Shown: piece by piece, positions 58,134 to 64,000 of the stretch | How positions within the stretch are numbered: position 1 is the stretch's first letter | How the letters are laid out: each line of letters starts with the position of its first letter | Translations under genes and position numbers: made by a program | Source of the DNA: an uncultured bacterium | Lineage (GTDB): Bacteria; Pseudomonadota; Gammaproteobacteria; Burkholderiales; SG8-39 | Length of the DNA: 64,000 nt | NCBI GenBank assembly: GCA_965233165.1 | Contig: CBDDRX010000017.1 | Span: 5,986 to 69,985 of the forward strand | Direction: 5' to 3' | Notes under the pieces: model-generated | Database searches by the model: none | Seen by the model: only the letters and a program-made list of their open reading frames with translations | What the model was told of the DNA's origin: nothing

Positions 58134-59429
58134 CTATTTCTCTTCGAGGCGCAGCTCGACGTAGGTCTGGTCGCGCAACTGGCGCAGCCACTGCTGGTAT
58201 GCCTCGTCCGACTTCCTCTCGCGCAGCGCCAGGCGCGCCTGCAGGCGGCGCCGCTCGGGGCTCACGTCGGCGGAGCGCCGTTCCGTGACCTGGATCAGGT
58301 GATAGCCGAAAGGCGTGCGCACCGGCTCGCTGATCTCGCCGGGCTTGAGCTCCTGGAAGGCGCGCTCGAACTCCGGGACCGTGTCGCCGGGGTAGATCCA
58401 GTCGAGGTCGCCGCCACGGGCGGCGCTTCCGTCGTCGGAGTTCGCGCGCGCCAGCTGGGCGAAGTCGGCGGCGCCGGAGACGAGGCGCTCGCGCAGGCCG
58501 GCCAGGCGCCGGCGCGCCTCGCCCTCGGACATCTGCTCGCCGGTCCGGATCAGGATGTGCCGCACGCGCGTTTGCACGATCGGCGCGCCCGTGGCGGTGG
58601 CGCCCCGGCGGTCGATCAGCTTCAGGACATGGAAGCCCGCGGAGCTGCGCAGCACCTCGCTCACGGCGCCGGGCTTCATCTTCGCCACCGCCGCGGCGAA
58701 GAGATCGGGCAGCCGGTCGGGCGTGCGCCAGCCGATGAGGCCGCCCTGCAGCGCATCCGGCGCGTCCGAGTACCCGGCCGCGACGCGGTCGAAGTCGGCG
58801 TTCGCGAGCGCGTCGGCGCGCGCCTTCTCCGCCTTGGCGCGGGCCGCCTCGATGCGCTCCGGGGTCGCCTGGTCGGGCAGGCGCACGAGCACGTGCGCAA
58901 CGTTGAACTCCTCGCGCGCGCCCACCACGCCGGCCGTCTCCTCGAGGAACAGCTCCACCTCGGTGTCGCTCACCTGGATGCGGTCCTCCACCTCGCGCTC
59001 GCGCAGGCGGGAAAGGACGATCTGCTCGCGCACGTCCTCGCGGAACGCGTCGAACGGCACGCCGTCGCGCTCCAGCACCTTGCGGAAGTCGGAGAGCGTC
59101 ATCTTGTTCTCCTCGGCGATCCGCTGCACCGCCCGGTCGAGCTGCACCTCGTCGACGCGGATCCCGGAGTCGCGGGCGTGCTGCAGCTGCGCCTTGTCGA
59201 GGATCAGGCGCTCGAGGAGCTGGCGCTCCAGCACCGGGCGCTCCGGCGCCTGCGTGCCGCGCCGCGCGAGCTGGCGCTCCGCCGCCTGCACCGCCTGGTT
59301 CAGCTCCGAGAACGTGATGACTTCCTTGTTGACCACGGCGACGATGCGGTCGACGAGCTGCACCTTCTGCGCGGCCGCCGCGCCGGCGGTGAGCAGGAGC
59401 GCGAGGAAGAAGGGAATCAGTCTCTGCAT
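58134..59429 (-). CDS. surA: periplasmic chaperone / peptidyl-prolyl isomerase SurA
   Basis: Signal peptide, SurA N-domain, and two parvulin domains ([21 protein letters not shown]). Confidence 0.92.
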   Translation of the reverse strand: MQRLIPFFLALLLTAGAAAAQKVQLVDRIVAVVNKEVITFSELNQAVQAAERQLARRGTQAPERPVLERQLLERLILDKAQLQHARDSGIRVDEVQLDRAVQRIAEENKMTLSDFRKVLERDGVPFDAFREDVREQIVLSRLREREVEDRIQVSDTEVELFLEETAGVVGAREEFNVAHVLVRLPDQATPERIEAARAKAEKARADALANADFDRVAAGYSDAPDALQGGLIGWRTPDRLPDLFAAAVAKMKPGAVSEVLRSSAGFHVLKLIDRRGATATGAPIVQTRVRHILIRTGEQMSEGEARRRLAGLRERLVSGAADFAQLARANSDDGSAARGGDLDWIYPGDTVPEFERAFQELKPGEISEPVRTPFGYHLIQVTERRSADVSPERRRLQARLALRERKSDEAYQQWLRQLRDQTYVELRLEEK

Positions 59430-59431
59430 GT

Positions 59432-61639
59432 CTAGTACACCATTTCAAAAGGCAGCGGCCGCTGCACCGCCGCCGGCACCAGCGAGGCGTCCCGCGGGTT
59501 GGTCACCGCATAGCCCGATACGTTGCGCTTCAGCAGGTCCACGACCTCCGTCGTGCCGAGCTGCCCGATCCCGTTGAACTCGAGCTGGAAGAAGAACGCC
59601 GTCGAGCTCACGATCGCCGAGGCCTGGATCCGCTGCAGCACCGCGCGGAACACCCAGCAGCCGGCGTTGTATTCGAGGCCCGCCAGGCCATCCACGAGGC
59701 GCTTGTCGAGAATGGAGTAATTGTAGCGTCCGACGGCGAACCAGCCCGGCGCGATCGGCCATTGCCCGGACACGTCGATCTGCCGCAAGACGTCGCGGTT
59801 GAAACGGTAGCTGGCGGTCGCCACCTTTCCCGGCTCCGGCGCGTAGCGGGCGGCGACGTTGTAGCGCTCGGCCCGCTGGTCCCGGCCGTTGTACTGGACA
59901 GTGGCGTCGAAGGTGACATTTCGGTAGAGCAAGCCGCCTATGGAGGCAAGGGTGTCCGAGGTGTCGTAGGTGCGCAGCGGCGCGGCCGGCGTAAGGCCCA
60001 CCCGCTCGTCCTCGAAGTAGAAGCGCTGCCCCACGGTCGCACGCAGCGACTCGCGCCCCCCGGACTCGAGGATGCGGGTCGTCAGCGCCGCGGTCAGCTG
60101 GTTCGCATCGCCGAACCGGTCGCCGCCGCTGAAGCGGTTCTCCGTGAAAAGCTGAGGAAAGTTGAGATCCGCCAGCGCCGTGTCGAAGACCGGGATCGAA
60201 TCCTGGTTGCGATACGGAATGCGGACATAGAAGAGCCGCGGCTCGAGCGTCTGGGTGAGGTCCTGGCCGAAATAGCGCGCCTGGCGCTCGAAGATCAGGC
60301 CGCTGTCCAGGCTGAGCCACGGGACGTTGACCCCCGGCGAGCTCGGGTTTCCCGCCGCCGGGTTCTCGATGCCGTAGCGGGCGTACCGGAGCCCCGCGCG
60401 GGGCGTGAAGAAGTAGCCGGGCGCGAGGACGGGCGCCGAGAACGTGGGCGTCGCCGAGAACCGCGACCCGCGCACCAGGGTCTCGTGCGAGAAGACGACA
60501 TACTCGGTCGGAACGGATGCATCGACCAGGCCGGCGACGTCGTTCATGGTGCCGGTGAAGTTCAGCTGCGGCACCCGGTGGTAGGGCGGCAGGATCGGTG
60601 CCTCCGGATCCTGCAACGTCTGGAAGCGCTGGACGCGCGCGAGCGCCGCGTACGACGCCCTTCCCAGGGCTCCCGAATAGGTCAGGTAGGTGTCCTGCGG
60701 CAGGACGCCGGTCGACGACTGGCGCACCTGCGTCGCCAGGTCGACGAAATAGCGGTTGTCGGAAACCCGGTTGTAGTCGACGTTCCAGAGCAGCCCGGGC
60801 ATGAGCGTCTGCTCGTGGCGGGAGGAAAGGCCGAACCGGCGGTCGCCGAACTCATCGTCCTTCGGCATGAATTCGAGGCGCGTTTCCCCGGCGTATCGGC
60901 GGTCGAGGTAGCGCAACTCGTTCTTCAGCATCGCGCCGCGCTTCGTCATGTAGACCGGCGTGAGCGTGGCGTCGTACTCCGGGGCGATGTTCCAGTAGTA
61001 CGGCAGACCGAGCTCGGCGCCGCGCGTCGTGCTGTTCGCGTAGTACGGCGTGAGGATCCCGCTCTTGCGCCGCCGTTCCAGGGGGAAGGTGGCGAACGGG
61101 GCCGCGAGGATGGTGGTATCGAAGAAGCGCAGCCGGGGAAACTTCGCGCGCCCCTCCTCCTCGAGGTAGTCCAGGTCGATCTGCTCCGCCTCGAGCACCC
61201 AGTCCTCGCGGGCCGGGGCGCAGGTCGTGTAGCGCGCCTCCTTCAGCCGGTAGCGCTCCTTGCCGAGGAACTCCACTTCGCTCGCCGCCCCGCGCACGGT
61301 CGACTCGCGCTGCAGGAGAAAGCCGGGGGAATCGAAAGTCCCGGTGTCGCCGAGCGTGTCGTAGCGCAGCCGCGGGCCGAAGAACCGGTCGACGCCCTGC
61401 TGCAGCCGCACGCCACCGTCGGCGTCGATCCGGCCCAGCTCCTGGTTGAAGCGCAGGTGCTCGCCGAAGATCGTCATCTCGTCCTGCTTCAGCTCGGCGG
61501 CGCCGTGCGCGCTGAACTCGAGGTCGCCCACGCCTTCGATGCGCTCGGCGTCGAGCGTCATCGGTGGCTTCTCCGCCGCCGGCGCCTGCGCGAGCACCTG
61601 CGACGCAGCGGCGGCCAGCAGGAACGCGAGGAGGCGCAA
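59432..61639 (-). CDS. lptD: LPS-assembly outer-membrane protein LptD
   Basis: OstA N-domain plus a large beta-barrel. Preferred start is TTG 61639, giving signal peptide (M)[21 protein letters not shown] 61738 would overlap the divergent amgK gene. Confidence 0.88.
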   Translation of the reverse strand: MRLLAFLLAAAASQVLAQAPAAEKPPMTLDAERIEGVGDLEFSAHGAAELKQDEMTIFGEHLRFNQELGRIDADGGVRLQQGVDRFFGPRLRYDTLGDTGTFDSPGFLLQRESTVRGAASEVEFLGKERYRLKEARYTTCAPAREDWVLEAEQIDLDYLEEEGRAKFPRLRFFDTTILAAPFATFPLERRRKSGILTPYYANSTTRGAELGLPYYWNIAPEYDATLTPVYMTKRGAMLKNELRYLDRRYAGETRLEFMPKDDEFGDRRFGLSSRHEQTLMPGLLWNVDYNRVSDNRYFVDLATQVRQSSTGVLPQDTYLTYSGALGRASYAALARVQRFQTLQDPEAPILPPYHRVPQLNFTGTMNDVAGLVDASVPTEYVVFSHETLVRGSRFSATPTFSAPVLAPGYFFTPRAGLRYARYGIENPAAGNPSSPGVNVPWLSLDSGLIFERQARYFGQDLTQTLEPRLFYVRIPYRNQDSIPVFDTALADLNFPQLFTENRFSGGDRFGDANQLTAALTTRILESGGRESLRATVGQRFYFEDERVGLTPAAPLRTYDTSDTLASIGGLLYRNVTFDATVQYNGRDQRAERYNVAARYAPEPGKVATASYRFNRDVLRQIDVSGQWPIAPGWFAVGRYNYSILDKRLVDGLAGLEYNAGCWVFRAVLQRIQASAIVSSTAFFFQLEFNGIGQLGTTEVVDLLKRNVSGYAVTNPRDASLVPAAVQRPLPFEMVY

Positions 61640-61654
61640 AATTTTTTTCGTGCG

Positions 61655-61662
61655 TGTAGAAT
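61655..61662 (+). promoter_or_regulatory. extended -10-like element TGTAGAAT immediately upstream of the amgK ATG
   Basis: TG-T-TAGAAT ends 5 nt before ATG 61668, inside the only AT-rich patch of the lptD/amgK divergent spacer. The matching -35 is poor. Confidence 0.3.
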
Positions 61663-61667
61663 TTTTA

Positions 61668-62642
61668 ATGATACCCGACGCTCGACGCGAGGCTCTGCAG
61701 CGCTGGCTGCAGGACGCGCTGCAAGGCGCCCGCTTCACCCTCGCCCCGGCTTCCGAAGACGCGAGCTTCCGCCGCTACTTCCGCGCGGTGCTGGACGACG
61801 GCCGCAGCTTCGTGGCGATGGACGCGCCGCCGGACAAGGAGGACTGCCGCCCGTTCGTGCGCGTCGCCGGCATGCTGCGCGAGGCGGAAGTGAACGCGCC
61901 GCAGGTGCTCGCCCAGGATCTCGCGCAGGGCTTCCTCCTGCTCACCGACCTCGGCACGCAAACCTATCTGCAGGCCCTCGACGCGGGCAACGCGCCGCGG
62001 CTCTTTGCCGACGCCACGGACGCGCTGCTGCGCTGGCAGCTCGCCTCGCGTGCCGGGATGCTGCCGCCGTACGACGAAGCGCTCCTGCGCCGGGAGCTGC
62101 AGCTGTTCCCCGACTGGTACGTCGCAAGGCACAGGAACGCGACGCTCGATGCGGGCCAGCAGCAGGACCTGGCGAACGTGTTCTCGGCCCTGGTGCGCAG
62201 CGCGCTCGCCCAGCCGCCGGTGTACGTGCACCGCGACTACATGCCGCGGAACCTCATGGTCTGCGAGCCGAACCCCGGCGTGCTCGACTTCCAGGATGCC
62301 GTCTACGGGCCGATCACCTACGACATGGCTTCACTGATGCGCGACGCCTTCGTGAGCTGGGAAGAGGACCACGTGATCGACTGGACCGCGCGCTACTGGG
62401 AGAAGGCAAAGCGCGCCGGCCTCCCGGTCGACGCCGACTTCGGCGAATTCTGGCGCGCCTTCGAGTGGATGGGCTTGCAGCGCCACCTCAAGGTGCTGGG
62501 CATCTTCGCGCGGATCCACTACCGCGACGGCAAGCCGAAGTACCTGGCGGACACGCCCCGCTTCATCGGCTACGCGCGCACGACGGCGCAGCGCTACCGC
62601 GAGCTCGCGCCGCTGGTGAGGCTGCTGGACGCCTTGCAGTGA
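61668..62642 (+). CDS. amgK: aminoglycoside-phosphotransferase-fold kinase, AmgK-like (MurNAc/GlcNAc anomeric kinase)
   Basis: 324 aa from ATG 61668. APH-fold motifs (SFRRYFR, HRDYMPRNLM, LDFQDA). Conserved divergent position next to lptD and upstream of murU, as in Pseudomonas. Confidence 0.8.
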   Translation: MIPDARREALQRWLQDALQGARFTLAPASEDASFRRYFRAVLDDGRSFVAMDAPPDKEDCRPFVRVAGMLREAEVNAPQVLAQDLAQGFLLLTDLGTQTYLQALDAGNAPRLFADATDALLRWQLASRAGMLPPYDEALLRRELQLFPDWYVARHRNATLDAGQQQDLANVFSALVRSALAQPPVYVHRDYMPRNLMVCEPNPGVLDFQDAVYGPITYDMASLMRDAFVSWEEDHVIDWTARYWEKAKRAGLPVDADFGEFWRAFEWMGLQRHLKVLGIFARIHYRDGKPKYLADTPRFIGYARTTAQRYRELAPLVRLLDALQ

Positions 62643-62658
62643 TGCATCGTTCGAATCC

Positions 62659-63354
62659 ATGAAGGCGATGCTGCTGGCCGCCGGGCGGGGCGAGCGGCTG
62701 CGGCCGCTGACCGACGCCCTTCCCAAGGCGCTGGTCCCGGTGCGCGGCAAGGCGCTGATCGCCTGGCACCTCGCACGGCTCGCCGCCGCGGGAATCCGCG
62801 ACGTCGTCGTGAACGTCTCGCACCTCGGCGAGAAGATCGAGGCGGCGCTGGGCGACGGCCGCCGCTTCGGCGTATCGATCCGGTACTCCCGGGAGCCGCA
62901 GCCGCTGGAAACGGCCGGCGGCATCGCGCGCGCGCTGCCCCTGCTCGGGGAAGCGCCGTTCCTGCTCGTCAATGCGGACGTCTACTGCGAGTACGATTTC
63001 TCGCGCCTGCGGGGCTTCGTCCTTTCGCCGGCCCTCGCGCACCTCGTCCTCGTGCCGAACCCGCCGCACCGCCCCGCGGGCGATTTCTCCCTCGAGGGCC
63101 GCACGGTGCGCGGCCGTTCCGACCGTGCCGGCGTACCGCGCTACACTTATGCAGGCCTCGCAGTGATAGCGCCGCTGCTCGTGGAACCGGTGGCGGCCGG
63201 CACGAAGGCGCCGCTCGCGCCGCTGCTCTACGCCGCGGCGGACCGCGGCCTGCTGAGCGGCGAAGCCTTCGACGGCCTCTGGCAGGACGTCGGCACGGCG
63301 GAGCGCCTTTCCCAACTGGAATCATTCCTGGCATCCCGAGATGAAAATCGCTGA
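62659..63354 (+). CDS. murU: N-acetylmuramate alpha-1-phosphate uridylyltransferase (MurU-like nucleotidyltransferase)
   Basis: MKAMLLAAGRGERLRPLTDALPKALVPV sugar-nucleotidyltransferase motif. 231 aa. Confidence 0.85.
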   Translation: MKAMLLAAGRGERLRPLTDALPKALVPVRGKALIAWHLARLAAAGIRDVVVNVSHLGEKIEAALGDGRRFGVSIRYSREPQPLETAGGIARALPLLGEAPFLLVNADVYCEYDFSRLRGFVLSPALAHLVLVPNPPHRPAGDFSLEGRTVRGRSDRAGVPRYTYAGLAVIAPLLVEPVAAGTKAPLAPLLYAAADRGLLSGEAFDGLWQDVGTAERLSQLESFLASRDENR

Positions 63355-64000
63355 AGACCTTCGCATCCACCGGCAGCGCCGCGAGAAGCTGCTCGCCGCC
63401 ATGGGACCCGGCGTCGCCGTGATCCCGACCGCGCCCGAGCGCATCCGCAACCGGGACACCCACTACCCGTATCGCTTCGACAGTCACTTCTACTATCTCA
63501 CCGGCTTCGCCGAGCCGGAGGCCGCCGTGGTCCTGGTCGGCGGGGATAAGCCGAGGGCGCTGCTTTTCTGCCGCGAGAAGAACGAGGAGCGCGAGATCTG
63601 GGACGGCTTCCGCTACGGGCCGCAGGCGGCGCGCGAGCGCTTCGGCTTCGACGAGGCGCATCCGGTCGAGGACCTCGACGAGGCGCTCGCCGCGCTGCTC
63701 GAGAACCAGCCTGCGCTCTTCTACCCGGTCGGCGCCGACGCCGCTTGGGATGCGCGCGCGATCCAGTGGCTGAACGCCGTGCGGGCGCGCGTGCGCGCCG
63801 GCATCGCCGCGCCGGAGCGCATCCAGGACGTGCGCGGCCTGATCGACGAGATGCGCCTGGTGAAGGACGCGCACGAGGTCGCGCTCATGCGCCGCTCGGC
63901 CCGCATCGCCGCCGCCGCGCACCGCCGCGCCATGCAGGCGACGCGGCCCGGGCGCTACGAGTACGAGACCGAGGCCGAGCTCGGCTATGAGTTCCGCCGC
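63341..64000 (+). CDS. pepP: Xaa-Pro aminopeptidase, N-terminal part (continues beyond the window)
   Basis: ATG 63341 overlaps the murU 3' end by 14 nt and stays open to the window edge. N-domain pattern HYPYRFDSHFYYLTGF and LVKDAHEVALMRRSARIAAAAH. Not in the ORF track because no stop falls within the window. Confidence 0.88.
   Translation, partial: MKIAEDLRIHRQRREKLLAAMGPGVAVIPTAPERIRNRDTHYPYRFDSHFYYLTGFAEPEAAVVLVGGDKPRALLFCREKNEEREIWDGFRYGPQAARERFGFDEAHPVEDLDEALAALLENQPALFYPVGADAAWDARAIQWLNAVRARVRAGIAAPERIQDVRGLIDEMRLVKDAHEVALMRRSARIAAAAHRRAMQATRPGRYEYETEAELGYEFRR

Overview
GC-rich proteobacterial chromosome segment. Gene order resembles Betaproteobacteria: rplM-rpsI-argC, rpe-trpEGDC, lptD-surA-pdxA-rsmA divergent from amgK-murU, and phoH-ybeY-corC-lnt-glyQS-gmhB-plsC. 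I call about 75 protein genes and one tRNA(CAT). There is no rRNA, CRISPR, transposase, integrase, phage gene or recognisable defence gene. Most of the window is tightly packed housekeeping or ordinary metabolism, with many ATGA/GTGA/TTGA start-stop overlaps. Many long ORFs in the six-frame track are antisense shadows or N-terminal over-extensions typical of high-GC DNA, so true starts were reassigned by frame arithmetic. The only clearly accessory stretch is about 29.8-37.3 kb, between coq7 and a porin/trp operon. It holds a decayed EAL-domain remnant, a frameshifted SAM methyltransferase, and a copper-resistance cluster with no regulator in view (copA-copB-cytochrome c-small ORF-lipoprotein), bracketed by two inverted CzcE-like periplasmic paralogs. 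The best sequence-level signals are: (1) a 20-codon leader ORF with three Trp codons upstream of trpE, a candidate attenuator; (2) a perfect inverted repeat with 26-bp arms between apaG and mltA; (3) terminator hairpins abutting the argC and coq7 start codons; (4) a TRAP permease translationally coupled to an orphan ABC ATPase; (5) a SAM methyltransferase with a signal peptide coupled to a TlpA redoxin. I found no convincing novel multi-gene system. The copper module and the trp leader are the best candidates and are scored as moderate.
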